Below, in pieces: positions 9,796 to 20,003 of a stretch of DNA of 64,000 nucleotides. The stretch's first letter is position 1. Every line of letters starts with the position of its first letter. The stretch is from Opitutaceae bacterium (GTDB lineage: Bacteria > Verrucomicrobiota > Verrucomicrobiia > Opitutales > Opitutaceae): contig JBIJCX010000004.1 of assembly GCA_044344465.1 (NCBI GenBank), forward strand, positions 4,804-68,803, written 5' to 3'. The notes under the pieces are model-generated. The model was not told the origin of the DNA, did no database searches, and worked only from the letters and a program-made list of their open reading frames with translations. The translations under genes were made by a program, and so were the position numbers.

Positions 9796-9870
9796 TGACA
9801 GGGGAATGGGGACAGAGGAATAATATCCAAATCCCCCGGCCTTGATTCCTCTGTCCCCATTCCCCTGTCA
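9796..9870. repeat. Perfect 26-bp inverted repeat element with 14-nt internal period
   Basis: tgacaggggaatggggacagaggaat / attcctctgtccccattcccctgtca. Confidence 0.8.
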
Positions 9871-10054
9871 CCGCCCGTCCGAGGCCGCGACCCCGCCCGC
9901 CACGTGTTCATCCCTGAGCCCGATCAAGAACACCTGGATCAACTGACTCATCATTACCCTCCTCTATTCGGCTCTCAGATCAGGCCGGGACGAGGAGCGA
10001 GGGGAAAGCCCAGAACACCAGGTTCCGCTGCTCCAGAATCCCGCCCTGGATCAA

Positions 10055-10687
10055 CTACTGCCCTTGGCGGAGGTACTTCACCACCGCTTCGGTGCGACTG
10101 CGCACGTGCAGCTTCTGGTAAATGTGATTCACGTGCGTGCGAACCGTTTCCAGGCCGATGCCAAGCTGATCCGCCACTTCCTTGAGGACCAGGCCTTTTA
10201 CAAGCAGGTCGAGGATTTCGCGTTCGCGCGGAGAAGGCCGTTCGGACTCGTTGGCGGGCAGCTCGCTCCGATGGAAAAACTGTACGACCTGCCGGGCGAT
10301 GTGGGCCGACATGGGTGCACCGCCGTGTTGGACCTCCTGCAGGGCCTCCAGCAACTTTTCGGCGGCATCGCGTTTCACCAAATAGCCGTTGGCCCCCGCC
10401 TTGAGCGCGCGAAAAATGCTGTCGTCGTCCTCGTAAACCGTGAGCATCAGCACGAACAGCCGCGGCAGCTGGAGTTTGAGCCGGGCGACGCATTCGATGC
10501 CGTTCATGCGTGGCAGGTTGATGTCCATTACGACGAGGTCCGGGGCGAGCACGGGGATCTCGCGGAGCGCTTCCTCCGCGGAGACGAAGGCCCCGAGCAG
10601 GCGCAGGCGTTCGTCGGTACGGAGCAACGCCGCCAGGTTTTCCCGCACCGCCCGATCGTCCTCCACGATGACCACACCCACGCTCAT
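10055..10687 (-). CDS. NarL/LuxR-family response regulator
   Basis: IVEDD, MDINLP, GANGYLVK, C-terminal HTH SPREREIL...TVRTHVNHIYQKL. Confidence 0.92.
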   Translation of the reverse strand: MSVGVVIVEDDRAVRENLAALLRTDERLRLLGAFVSAEEALREIPVLAPDLVVMDINLPRMNGIECVARLKLQLPRLFVLMLTVYEDDDSIFRALKAGANGYLVKRDAAEKLLEALQEVQHGGAPMSAHIARQVVQFFHRSELPANESERPSPREREILDLLVKGLVLKEVADQLGIGLETVRTHVNHIYQKLHVRSRTEAVVKYLRQGQ

Positions 10688-12447
10688 GCTGGCTCCTCCG
10701 CTACCGGCCGTGGCACGTCCAGTCGCACGCGCGTACCCCCGCCGGGCTGGGATTCGACCGTGCAGGTCCCTCCTGCCTCCTCCATCCGGCGGGCCAAATG
10801 CTCCAGACCGTTGCCGCGTTTCACGGACACAGGATCGAAGCCACGGCCGTTGTCCGCCACTGTCACCAGCAGGCGATTTTCGGCGAGTTCCAGCTGCACG
10901 CGCACCTCGGTGGCGGCCGCATGTTTGAGGGCATTGTTCAGCGCCTCTTTAACGGCCATCATCAGGCGATGCCGGGTGCCACTCGAAATGCTGAGGGCAG
11001 GCAGCAGCGTGGGAATGTCGAGCCGGCAGCGCAGGCCGGCGTCGCGCAACACTGCGCCCGTATACTGGCTGAGGTAGTTGCTGAACCCTTCGAGTGAGTC
11101 GTGCGAGGGATTGGCCGCCCACACGATTTCCTCCAGCGCACTCGCCAGTTCTTTCACCGCGCCGTTGATGTTTCGGATCGGTTCCCGCACCGCCTCGTCG
11201 GCCGGAGCCGATTTCAGGGCGCATCCCGCCAGCAGCGAAATCTGGGTGAACCGCGCCCCCATCTCATCGTGGAGATCCCGGGCCATCCGGGTGCGTTCCT
11301 CCTCCACCGCCCTGCGTTGCTCAAATTGCTGCAATTTCTGCTGCATTTTTCGCCACGTGAAATACCGCACCCCACCGAGCATGCCCGCGGCGATCAAGAC
11401 GACGCCGAGCAACCGAAACCAGAGCGCCGCGTAAAACGGCGGCCGCACCTCCACCGGCAGCCGCAGCGTGGGTCCCGTCGGCCGGCCCAGTTCGTCCGTG
11501 GCCCAGACCCGAAACACATAGTTTCCCACCGGGAGTGCGCGGAAGGCCACCGCCGCGTCGCTGCCGCGCCCGATGCTGTGCATTTCCTCGCATTCCAGCC
11601 GCAGGCGCTGGCCTGGCACGACCGGCGTCGCCGCTTGCGCCAATTGCAGCCAGCCCCCCGTGTTGGTGGGGTCGACATCGACCAGCGCTAGCAGCGGTTC
11701 GACCCCTCCGTCTTTTTCCACGTGGGGAAACAAGCGCGGAGTACTGAGGCCGGTGCCGTCGCGCATCCAGCCGTCGGGATTCCCCTGCGGAGACTCGAGG
11801 CCCAAACCACGCAGATGTTCGAGTTGATAGATCGGCGACCCGGTCGTCGCTTCCTCCCCCGGCGCCCGAGCCGTGAGGCGCAGGCGACGCACGGCCCAGA
11901 AACCGGTCGTGCGCGGCGTGCCGCCGGACACCAGCAAGACCTGCACGCGGCTGGATCGCTCCGGCACGACGGCATCGTCCACCCGGCGGTGCAGCCGGGA
12001 ATTCTGCGGCAGACCGCCCCAGCCCGGACTCTCACCCCTGCGGATGAACGCCGCACTGCTCACGGCGCGATTGTTCGCGTCGAGGAAGCGCAGCACGAGC
12101 CACATTTGGCTCTCATGGTCCTGCCATTCATCCTCCCACCCTTCGAGACGGGTGCGCAGCCGCACGACCGGCGGTGTGCCGGGAGGAGCAGTGGCGATGC
12201 CGAAATTCAATGGAAACTCCCCCGGCAACAACGAGAGCCCGCGGTAGTCGGTGTCCCCAATGCTGTCGCCCTTCGAGTCCACGGTCACGGGCACCGCCCG
12301 GCCGCCGAGCACAACTTCCGCCAGCACCGGACGGGCCGAATAGCGCACCGGCTCCTCGGCTGCGTCCAATCGAGTCACCATGGCGATGGCCAAGCCGATC
12401 GTCGCGAGCCAAACGCGGGAAGGCAGAGGCATGCGCACGGATCTCAT
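10684..12447 (-). CDS. Sensor histidine kinase (HisKA_3 type) with large extracytoplasmic domain
   Basis: ERTRMARDLHDEMG, EALNNALKHA, DNGRGF, GNGL, GGGTRV; start codon uncertain (12432/12447/12516). Confidence 0.88.
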   Translation of the reverse strand: MRSVRMPLPSRVWLATIGLAIAMVTRLDAAEEPVRYSARPVLAEVVLGGRAVPVTVDSKGDSIGDTDYRGLSLLPGEFPLNFGIATAPPGTPPVVRLRTRLEGWEDEWQDHESQMWLVLRFLDANNRAVSSAAFIRRGESPGWGGLPQNSRLHRRVDDAVVPERSSRVQVLLVSGGTPRTTGFWAVRRLRLTARAPGEEATTGSPIYQLEHLRGLGLESPQGNPDGWMRDGTGLSTPRLFPHVEKDGGVEPLLALVDVDPTNTGGWLQLAQAATPVVPGQRLRLECEEMHSIGRGSDAAVAFRALPVGNYVFRVWATDELGRPTGPTLRLPVEVRPPFYAALWFRLLGVVLIAAGMLGGVRYFTWRKMQQKLQQFEQRRAVEEERTRMARDLHDEMGARFTQISLLAGCALKSAPADEAVREPIRNINGAVKELASALEEIVWAANPSHDSLEGFSNYLSQYTGAVLRDAGLRCRLDIPTLLPALSISSGTRHRLMMAVKEALNNALKHAAATEVRVQLELAENRLLVTVADNGRGFDPVSVKRGNGLEHLARRMEEAGGTCTVESQPGGGTRVRLDVPRPVAEEPA

Positions 12448-12538
12448 CGTCGTGATCCGCTTCCTCATTCCGAGTTCATTCTTGCACGATGCGCCGCACG
12501 ACATCACTCGGAGCATAGTGGCCCGTCGCCCGCCTGCC

Positions 12539-12558
12539 CATCCCCCGAACGGGGGATG
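12539..12558. promoter_or_regulatory. Palindrome, candidate response-regulator binding site
   Basis: catcccccg-aa-cgggggatg between divergent kinase and TonB receptor genes. Confidence 0.45.
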
Positions 12559-12656
12559 TTCGCGGGATGGAAAATACCTGATGATGCCTCTTCATCTGTT
12601 ACGACTTCGCCCCTCGGAACCGCCGTCTCAGGTAAACCTCAGCCAACTGACCACCC

Positions 12657-15467
12657 ATGAAACTACACCACCTGGCTCTGACTCTGTTGCTCTCCGCCAG
12701 TGCCGCGCTCGCCCAATCGGTCGCGCCGCCGGCGGCGAAGGAAGTTCCGATCGAGTTGAATCCGTTTGTCGTCACGGCCGACACCGATGACGGCTACGCC
12801 TCGAAGGAGACGCTGTCCGGCACCCGCCTGCGCACCGACATCAAGAACGTCGCCTCGTCGATGTCCGTCGTCACCTCCGAGATGCTGCGCGACATGGGTG
12901 CGACGAGCTTCTACGACGTCGTGGACTTCCTCCCCAGCACGTTCTCCTACGGCAGCAACGAGGGCGACGCCAACGCGAACGGGCTCCGCACCGGCAGCCC
13001 GTTTGTCGTGCGCGGCTACCGGTCGGATTCGCTTTCAACCAATTTCTTCACGGCGCAATTCCCGGTCGATTCCTACAACACCGACCGCATGACCTTCACG
13101 CGCGGGCCGAACGCGATCCTCTTCGGCATCGGCAACCCGGGCGGCACGGTCGATGTCACGAACAACAAGGCGGACCTGCGGAAAAATTTCCACAAGCTGG
13201 ATCTCAAGGTCGATTCCTTTGGCAGCTTTCGCACCGCGTTCGACGCCAACCAGGTGCTGGTGCCGCAGAAACTGAGCCTCCGCCTCGACGTCTTGCGCGA
13301 CGATCGCCGGAGCAACATCGAGCCGACCTACAACAAGCGGAATTCCATCTTTGGCACCCTCACGTATCAGCTCGCCAAACACTCGGTGCTCTACGTGAAC
13401 GCCGAATCGAACCACCAGCGTGCGCAGATCGCCCGGCCCTTCATGTTTTACGACTGGTACAATGTCTGGGCGAATGCCGGCAAACCGATCAAGGCGATCG
13501 CCAGGAACACGGCCGCCGGCCCCGGCTGGGAATTCGAAACCACCGGCGGCTACCTCGTGAACATTCCCGGCATGGGCGTGATGAACTGGGGTGCGATGGC
13601 TTACGGCGCGCGCCCGTCCGTGCGCGGCGCCCGGGTCCGGACGGTCAGCTACGGCATGGGTTCGCCCAACCTGATCGTTCCGCTCGACACCAACATCGTG
13701 GGCAACGCCGACCTGATGACTTACGACAACGAGAACTACTCGATCCTCTTCCAGCAGCGCCTCGCGCCCAGCCTTTACCTGGAAATTGCCGGCCGGCACG
13801 ACCACAACTACCGCGAAAACCGGGAAATGGACGGCAACAACGTTGCCATCAGGGTGGACCCCAACGCCCAGTTGCCCGACGGCCGGCCGAATCCGAACGT
13901 CGGCCAGGCCTACGTCGATGTCCGGCCGACCGAGCAACACATCCCGACCGACGTCAATCAGCTGCGGGCCACGCTCAGCTACGAGAAATCCCTGAACGAC
14001 ATCAAGGTGTTCAATCGCGGACTCGGCCGGATTTCGCTGGGCGGCCTTTGGAACAACGAGGCAACCCACCAGTTCCTCGAACAATATGCCGAAACCAATC
14101 TGACTCCGCTCAGCACGCAGCGGGATCTCAGCAACGGCGTCAATCTGGTGCAGCGCCGGTGGTATTTTCTCCCGGGCAGGGAGCAGTTCTATGCCGGCGA
14201 CTTCGCGCCCGTTAGCGGCAACGGCATCAGTACGAGCTGGGAGCGCGCCGCCAGTACTCCGCGCAACAACTTCACCCGCACCAATTCCTACGCCCTCGCC
14301 GCCAACGCCCTGCTGCTCGACGAACTGCTGTCGCTCACCGGCGGCCTGCGCCGGGACGAGCTCCTCATCACCTCCGTCAACTACGTCAAGGACGCGCGTG
14401 GCATCTGGCCCGATGCGCGCCAGGGCACCGGTCTGCCGGAGCAGCGCGGCGTGGGCCGGCCGTATCTCTTCGGCGCAGTGCTGAACGTGCACAAGAGCGT
14501 CGGCTTGTTCTATAACCGGGCCACCAACTACCGGAGCTTCAATCAGTCCACCCGCACCATCAACCAGACCTTGATTCCGACGCAGGCGGGCGAGGGACTC
14601 GACACGGGCCTGAAGTTCAAACTCGGCGATATCCTGTCGGGCTCGGTCACCTACTTTGAAACGTCCCAGACGAACATTGTGGACAACACCCTGCGGGGCA
14701 AGAAGGCGGCGTGGATCAATTCGATTTGGGAGGTGGTCGATCCCAGCAAGCGGCCGGATCTGTCCATCAACTGGACCGACCTGAAGGACCAGAAGACCCG
14801 CGGCACGGAGATCGAGTTGGTCGCCAATCCGACGAAGAATCTGCGCCTGTATGCCACGGCGAGCCGCAATATCAATTTCATGGTGGATCACGGCGCGATC
14901 CTGTTCGCCTACCTGGCGGAGAACTACCCCGCCTGGCAGGCCAAGGCTTCCACCCCGCTGCTGACCAGCCTCTCGGACGGCGCGACGGTCGGCGACCTCA
15001 TCCCGAAAATCCAGGCGGAGGCGAGCGACGACAAGCTCGTCATCGGGCAGAAACAGACCCGGGTGTATGAGTGGCAGACCAACGTGATCACGCGGTATCA
15101 ATTCGACCGCGCCTCCACGCTGAAGGGGCTCGCGATCGGTACGGCCCTCCGTTGGCGCACCGCGCCGATCATCGGCTACTACCGCACGGTGACCGCCAAT
15201 ACGCCGCTCGGCATTCTCGACCCCTCGCGTCCGATCATGGGCGTGCCCTCGACGAACGGCGATGCCTGGCTCGATTACGGCCGCCCGTTCACCGTGGCGA
15301 ACCGGAAGGTGCGCTGGTCGGCTCAATTCCGGGTGCAGAATCTCTGGAATGATCGCACCGCGATGCCGTGGTCGGCTGACGTGGACAACGGCGGCTCCGT
15401 CTTCTTGCAGCAACGCAAGACCCCCGGCGAGCGCCAGTTCATGCTGAGCTCGACCTTTGAATTCTAG
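12657..15467 (+). CDS. TonB-dependent receptor (Opitutaceae-type)
   Basis: Signal peptide, LNPFVV..GYASKETLSGTRLRT plug, RGPNAILFGIGNPGG, C-terminal TFEF. Confidence 0.9.
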   Translation: MKLHHLALTLLLSASAALAQSVAPPAAKEVPIELNPFVVTADTDDGYASKETLSGTRLRTDIKNVASSMSVVTSEMLRDMGATSFYDVVDFLPSTFSYGSNEGDANANGLRTGSPFVVRGYRSDSLSTNFFTAQFPVDSYNTDRMTFTRGPNAILFGIGNPGGTVDVTNNKADLRKNFHKLDLKVDSFGSFRTAFDANQVLVPQKLSLRLDVLRDDRRSNIEPTYNKRNSIFGTLTYQLAKHSVLYVNAESNHQRAQIARPFMFYDWYNVWANAGKPIKAIARNTAAGPGWEFETTGGYLVNIPGMGVMNWGAMAYGARPSVRGARVRTVSYGMGSPNLIVPLDTNIVGNADLMTYDNENYSILFQQRLAPSLYLEIAGRHDHNYRENREMDGNNVAIRVDPNAQLPDGRPNPNVGQAYVDVRPTEQHIPTDVNQLRATLSYEKSLNDIKVFNRGLGRISLGGLWNNEATHQFLEQYAETNLTPLSTQRDLSNGVNLVQRRWYFLPGREQFYAGDFAPVSGNGISTSWERAASTPRNNFTRTNSYALAANALLLDELLSLTGGLRRDELLITSVNYVKDARGIWPDARQGTGLPEQRGVGRPYLFGAVLNVHKSVGLFYNRATNYRSFNQSTRTINQTLIPTQAGEGLDTGLKFKLGDILSGSVTYFETSQTNIVDNTLRGKKAAWINSIWEVVDPSKRPDLSINWTDLKDQKTRGTEIELVANPTKNLRLYATASRNINFMVDHGAILFAYLAENYPAWQAKASTPLLTSLSDGATVGDLIPKIQAEASDDKLVIGQKQTRVYEWQTNVITRYQFDRASTLKGLAIGTALRWRTAPIIGYYRTVTANTPLGILDPSRPIMGVPSTNGDAWLDYGRPFTVANRKVRWSAQFRVQNLWNDRTAMPWSADVDNGGSVFLQQRKTPGERQFMLSSTFEF

Positions 15468-15741
15468 CGATTCGACCGTGAAGGCTGCAGGGTCAGCGGG
15501 CGCTGCAGCCGACAGGTTTGTTTCGGGGCCTTGTCGCCCGCCAGAATAGACTGCGATCACGCCGCCGAGGCGCACCGATTTCTTTTCCGGCTCGATGGTG
15601 CGCCGTGGCCCGGACCTAACCCGGAAATTTCACACTCCCAATCAGCCGACGATGCAGGCTGTCCGGCGGATCGGCGGCACTCTTGCCGCCGTCTGGGAGC
15701 CAACGGCGACAGGAGTGTCGCCGCTCCGTGAAATTTCCCGG

Positions 15742-16671
15742 CTAACCGGATTGCAGGGCGTCTACTTTGTTTCCAAATCGCGCGAACAGCCAATTGCCGG
15801 CCGGCAGCAGCAACCCCGCGGTCACTCCGCCCGCCGCGACGTCCACCGCATAGTGATAGCGGCAATAGACCGTGGCGCAACAGAGCAGGATGGCCACCGC
15901 CAGGTGCACCCACCGGATGCCGCGCAGGTAGTGGAAGGAGAAATACACGGTCACCAGCGCGACGGCCACGTGACTGCTCGGAAACGCCGCGCCCGGGGCC
16001 TCGAAATTCCGGTAGATCACCGCCATGATTGTGAAAAACGGTCCGGCCTGCACCGCGGCCGGAAACTCCGGCACGATCGCCGGGACGTCGCCGGCAGGCA
16101 GGGTGATGCCAGCCAAGTCAGGGTAGTAAATACGCGGGCCCACCACGGGCAGGAAGATGTAGACGAGGTAGCAGACGTAGAAAACGAACGACACCACCGA
16201 AATGTAGTGCTGAAACTGCGCCCGCGAGCGGAGGAACAAGGCCAGTCCGACGCCGAAAATCATGATATAATACGAGAAATAGGCGGCATAGAATACTTCG
16301 CTCACCACCGCAGACGGGAACGTGGTCATGAAGCGAAAGGCCGGGGCGAAGCCGAAAATCCGTTCATCGATCCGGTGGAACAGCGGGTCGAGAAAGCCGG
16401 TGAAGAACATCTGGTTCAACGCCCCGGTTTCGCGATACAGGAGCGGGTAGAGCAGCACGGGGTAAAACTGGCGCAGGAAATCGAGCGCGCGGTTGGCGGG
16501 CCGCGTGTCGCTGGCGTTGATGAGCCCGTGAATCAGGACGAGACCAAGGACGTGCGCGCCCAGCCACCAGTACCCGTGTGCGAGCCCCGTGCCGCGCCCG
16601 AGCACGAAGATCCCCGCCACGACGGCAATATAGCCCTGCGTGGCGCAGTCGATGAACCGGTAGTGCTTCAT
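15742..16671 (-). CDS. PAP2-family integral membrane phosphatase/phosphotransferase (Aur1-like)
   Basis: PVVGPR, AAFPSSHVA, YCRYHYAVDV; multiple TM segments. Confidence 0.85.
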   Translation of the reverse strand: MKHYRFIDCATQGYIAVVAGIFVLGRGTGLAHGYWWLGAHVLGLVLIHGLINASDTRPANRALDFLRQFYPVLLYPLLYRETGALNQMFFTGFLDPLFHRIDERIFGFAPAFRFMTTFPSAVVSEVFYAAYFSYYIMIFGVGLALFLRSRAQFQHYISVVSFVFYVCYLVYIFLPVVGPRIYYPDLAGITLPAGDVPAIVPEFPAAVQAGPFFTIMAVIYRNFEAPGAAFPSSHVAVALVTVYFSFHYLRGIRWVHLAVAILLCCATVYCRYHYAVDVAAGGVTAGLLLPAGNWLFARFGNKVDALQSG

Positions 16672-16904
16672 GAAGGGCTTTGAAACTGCCTCTGCGGCGG
16701 TCCAGCGCCAGCTTCTCTGCGCGGGCAGTCGTCGGGAGGGCAAGATCTGCCGGTTGCACCCGATTTGGGCCGATACGACATCCCGGCGCACGGCGTGGGC
16801 TCAGGAGGAACTCAAGGGGCCGCCGTGACGATATGATCGCGGACGGCTGGGCCAGCCCGAAACCGCGGTGAATTTTGGCCGCTCGTCGCAGCGGCTTCGC
16901 CTCC

Positions 16905-17029
16905 AATCCATTGGCCACAAAAAGGCACGAAAAGGCCGGTGGCCGCGGCGGGAATCTCCCGCGCGCCTATAGGCGCGACGCAGGGTTTAGTCGGCGCCCT
17001 TGATTTTTTTGCGCCTTTTTGTGGCCATC
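16905..17029. repeat. ~125-bp MITE-like element, left copy flanking GxxExxY gene
   Basis: Terminal inverted arms tggccacaaaaaggc / gcctttttgtggcca; central perfect palindrome cgcgcctataggcgcg (16962-16977). Confidence 0.9.
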
Positions 17030-17084
17030 AATTCCGCCGTGGACCGTGGAGAATCTGCCGCATCGAGATACGCCGGGGGCGATA

Positions 17085-17474
17085 TCAGACTGACGTGTCG
17101 GTCATGAGATACTTCTTCACGTATAAAACCGGTGCGCCAAAATTGATGAGCAGGCCTGTTTCAACTCTCGCCGATCGAAGATAACCCAGCAATTGAGCGA
17201 CATGTTCATCGGCCACCGCCCGCGTCGCCTTTAACTCAACGAGGAGTTGGCTTTCGACGTACAGGTCGGCGAAGAATTCTCCCAAGAGGGTTCCGTCTTC
17301 GTCGTAAACATTGAGCGGATGCTGTTGCGCGACCACGAACCCCTGTTTGCGGAGGCGATGGGCACGCGCGTTTTCGTAGATCTTCTCCAAGTGGCCATGC
17401 CGATGAAAGCGATGGATGGCGAAACAGGTTTCGCGAACAGTGTCGCAGAGTTGATTGATGTGAGTGAATTTCAT
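17085..17474 (-). CDS. GxxExxY protein (PD-(D/E)XK nuclease superfamily)
   Basis: GHLEKIY motif, ADLYVE..LLVELKA, AQLLGYL, GLLINFG; 129 aa. Confidence 0.9.
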   Translation of the reverse strand: MKFTHINQLCDTVRETCFAIHRFHRHGHLEKIYENARAHRLRKQGFVVAQQHPLNVYDEDGTLLGEFFADLYVESQLLVELKATRAVADEHVAQLLGYLRSARVETGLLINFGAPVLYVKKYLMTDTSV

Positions 17475-17583
17475 GCGCCCTCACGAAAGCGCAAAGACAC
17501 TGATCCGCCGAATCCCGGTTTACCCCAGTTTTGATGCCATTTTCGCCATGGCCCGGCGGCTTCGCCACCAAGTTCAAGCCACT

Positions 17584-17707
17584 AATCCATTGGCCACGAA
17601 AAGGCACGAAGAGGCCGGTGGCCGCGGCGGAAATCGCCCGCGCGCCTATAGGCGCGACGCACGAGTCAGCCGTTGCCCTTGATTTTTTGCGCCTTTTTGT
17701 GGCCATC
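17584..17707. repeat. ~125-bp MITE-like element, right copy flanking GxxExxY gene
   Basis: Direct repeat of 16905-17029 with same arms and palindrome cgcgcctataggcgcg (17641-17656). Confidence 0.9.
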
Positions 17708-17800
17708 CGGATTGAGAAAACTCCGACTCCGACTTCACCCGCGGTGAAATCAATTGCCGGGTCATCCGGAACTACGGCGCAGATCGCGGGCCCGCCCAGC

Positions 17801-19024
17801 TCACTTTAAAGCGGCGGCGATGCGCGCCAACGCGGTCTCGACGTTTTCCCGGGAATTGAACGCGCTGATCCGCACGTGGCCTTCGCCACACTTGCCGAAA
17901 CCGGCGCCGGGCGTGCAGACGACCTGCGCCTCGTTCAACAGCAGGTCGAAAAACTCCCACGAGTCGCGGCCGGTGTTGATCCAGATGTAGGGCGCGTTGT
18001 CCCCGCCGACACAGGAGAAGCCGAGCTTGGCCACCGCCTCGCGAATCAATCTGGCATTGCCGAGATAGAAATCGGTGAGGGCGCGGGTCTGGGCCTTGCC
18101 GGCGTCGGTGAAAATCGCGGCGGCGGCCTTTTGGATCGGATAGGCGACGCCGTTGAATTTCGTCGTGTGGCGGCGGTTCCACAGCGCGTGGAGCGGGTGC
18201 GCGTTGCCGGCGGCGTCGTACGCGACGACGGACTTCGGCACCACGGTGTAGGCGCAGCGCGTGCCGGTGAAGCCGGCGGTCTTCGAAAAACTGCGGAACT
18301 CGAGCGCGACCTCGCGGGCCCCCTCGATTTCGTAGATGGAGTGGGGGATCTGCGGATCGCGGATGTAGGCTTCGTAGGCGGAATCGAAGAGGATCACCGC
18401 CCGGTTCTGCTTCGCGTAGGCAACCCAGGCCGCCAGCTGGGCCTTGGTGGCGACGGCGCCGGTCGGGTTGTTGGGGAAGCAGAGGTAGATCAGGTCGGTC
18501 GCGACCTCCGGAATCGCCGGGACGTAGCCGTTGGCCGGCGTGCTGTCGAGGTAGGTCACGCCCTGGTAGCGGCCGTCGACGCTCGCGCCGGTGCGGCCGG
18601 CCATGACGTTCGTGTCGATGTAGACCGGATACACCGGGTCGGGAATCGCGAGCCGGGTGTCCAGGGCGAAAATCTCCTGGATGTTGCCGCAATCGCACTT
18701 CGAACCGTCGGAAACGAAGATCTCGTCGGCCTCAATCTTGCACCCGCGGGCGGCATAATCGTGCTGTGCAATCGCCTCGCGCAGGAAGGCGTACCCCTGC
18801 TCGGGGCCGTAGCCCTTGAACGTGGCCCGCTTTGCCATCTCGTCGGTGGCGGCGTGCATCGCCTCGACGCACACCGACGGCAGCGGTTCCGTGACGTCGC
18901 CGATTCCGAGCCGGATGACCGGCTGCGATGGGTGGGCGGCGACATAGGCGCTCACGCGCTTCGCGATGTCGCTGAAAAGGTAGGACGCCTTGAGCTTCGT
19001 GTAGTTTTCGTTGATGCGGATCAT
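17801..19024 (-). CDS. dapL: LL-diaminopimelate aminotransferase
   Basis: [51 protein letters not shown]. Confidence 0.95.
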   Translation of the reverse strand: MIRINENYTKLKASYLFSDIAKRVSAYVAAHPSQPVIRLGIGDVTEPLPSVCVEAMHAATDEMAKRATFKGYGPEQGYAFLREAIAQHDYAARGCKIEADEIFVSDGSKCDCGNIQEIFALDTRLAIPDPVYPVYIDTNVMAGRTGASVDGRYQGVTYLDSTPANGYVPAIPEVATDLIYLCFPNNPTGAVATKAQLAAWVAYAKQNRAVILFDSAYEAYIRDPQIPHSIYEIEGAREVALEFRSFSKTAGFTGTRCAYTVVPKSVVAYDAAGNAHPLHALWNRRHTTKFNGVAYPIQKAAAAIFTDAGKAQTRALTDFYLGNARLIREAVAKLGFSCVGGDNAPYIWINTGRDSWEFFDLLLNEAQVVCTPGAGFGKCGEGHVRISAFNSRENVETALARIAAALK

Positions 19025-19135
19025 GGGAGGTAAAGACGGCGTGAAGAATTGCGCGTTGGTGGGTGAAAAACTTGAACAAACGGGCGGCGTCGGGTTAGAT
19101 CAAGCCCGACGTTTTCCCCGTTCCGCTTGAGCATC

Positions 19136-19978
19136 ATGCAAAAAATTGAATCGATTTCCGCGATGCGGTCGCTGGCCGCGCAATCCCACCAGGCCGGCAA
19201 GACCGTGGCGCTGGTGCCGACGAGCGGCGCGCTGCACGCCGGGCACGAGGCGCTGATCACGCTCGCCCGGGCGCGGGCCGATGTCGTCGTCGTGGCGGTG
19301 TTCCCGAATCCGCTCGCGTTCGGGCCGAGCGAGAACTTCGCCGGCTACCCGCGAACCCCGGGCGCCGATTTGAAGCGGGGCGGGGAACTGGGGGTGGACG
19401 TGATGTTCATGCCCGCGGTCGAGGAGATGTTTCCGCGTGGTTATTCGACCCACGTCACGGAGGATGTGCTGAGCCGATCGCTGTGCGGCGTCTCCCGGCC
19501 GACCCACTTTCGCGGGGTGACGACCGGAACCGCGAAGCTCCTCAACATCGTGCGTCCCGAGGTGCTCGTCATGGGCCAGCGCGACGCGCAGCAAATCGCG
19601 GTGGTGCGCAAGATGATCGGCGATCTCTGTTTTGACACGGAGGTCGTGGTGGCGCCGATGGTGCGGGATGCCGACGGTCTCGTGGTTTCGGTGCGGAACC
19701 AGGACCTCTCCACCAGCCAGCGGCAGGAGGCGCTGTCGGTTTACGCCGCGTTGCAGCGGGCGAAGGAGATGGTCGCGCAGGGAGTGCGCAGCCCCGATCG
19801 GATTATCGCGGAGGTAACCCACCTGCTGGGCGAGCGCCGCCGGGTGCGCGTCATTTACATCGCGGCGGTCGATCCGAACACGATGGAGCCAATGCGGGAA
19901 GTCGCCCCCGGCAATTCGCTCCTGGCCATCGCGGTGTGGGTCGACGAGGTGCGCCTGATCGACAATATCGTGCTGTGA
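19136..19978 (+). CDS. panC: Pantoate--beta-alanine ligase (divergent motifs)
   Basis: GALHAGH, SRPTHFRGV, DAQQ, VRDADGL, RLIDN. Confidence 0.85.
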   Translation: MQKIESISAMRSLAAQSHQAGKTVALVPTSGALHAGHEALITLARARADVVVVAVFPNPLAFGPSENFAGYPRTPGADLKRGGELGVDVMFMPAVEEMFPRGYSTHVTEDVLSRSLCGVSRPTHFRGVTTGTAKLLNIVRPEVLVMGQRDAQQIAVVRKMIGDLCFDTEVVVAPMVRDADGLVVSVRNQDLSTSQRQEALSVYAALQRAKEMVAQGVRSPDRIIAEVTHLLGERRRVRVIYIAAVDPNTMEPMREVAPGNSLLAIAVWVDEVRLIDNIVL

Positions 19979-20003
19979 GGTTTTTGCGGCGCAAAAACCT
20001 GGG

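Noticed and set aside
9933-10056. 12-bp direct repeat cctggatcaact about 110 bp apart
   Set aside because: Could be a target duplication, but the enclosed sequence has no terminal repeats or ORF; insufficient support
16905-17707. CRISPR array or classical IS interpretation of the repeats
   Set aside because: Only two long units, no spacer series, no cas genes and no DDE/HUH transposase motifs
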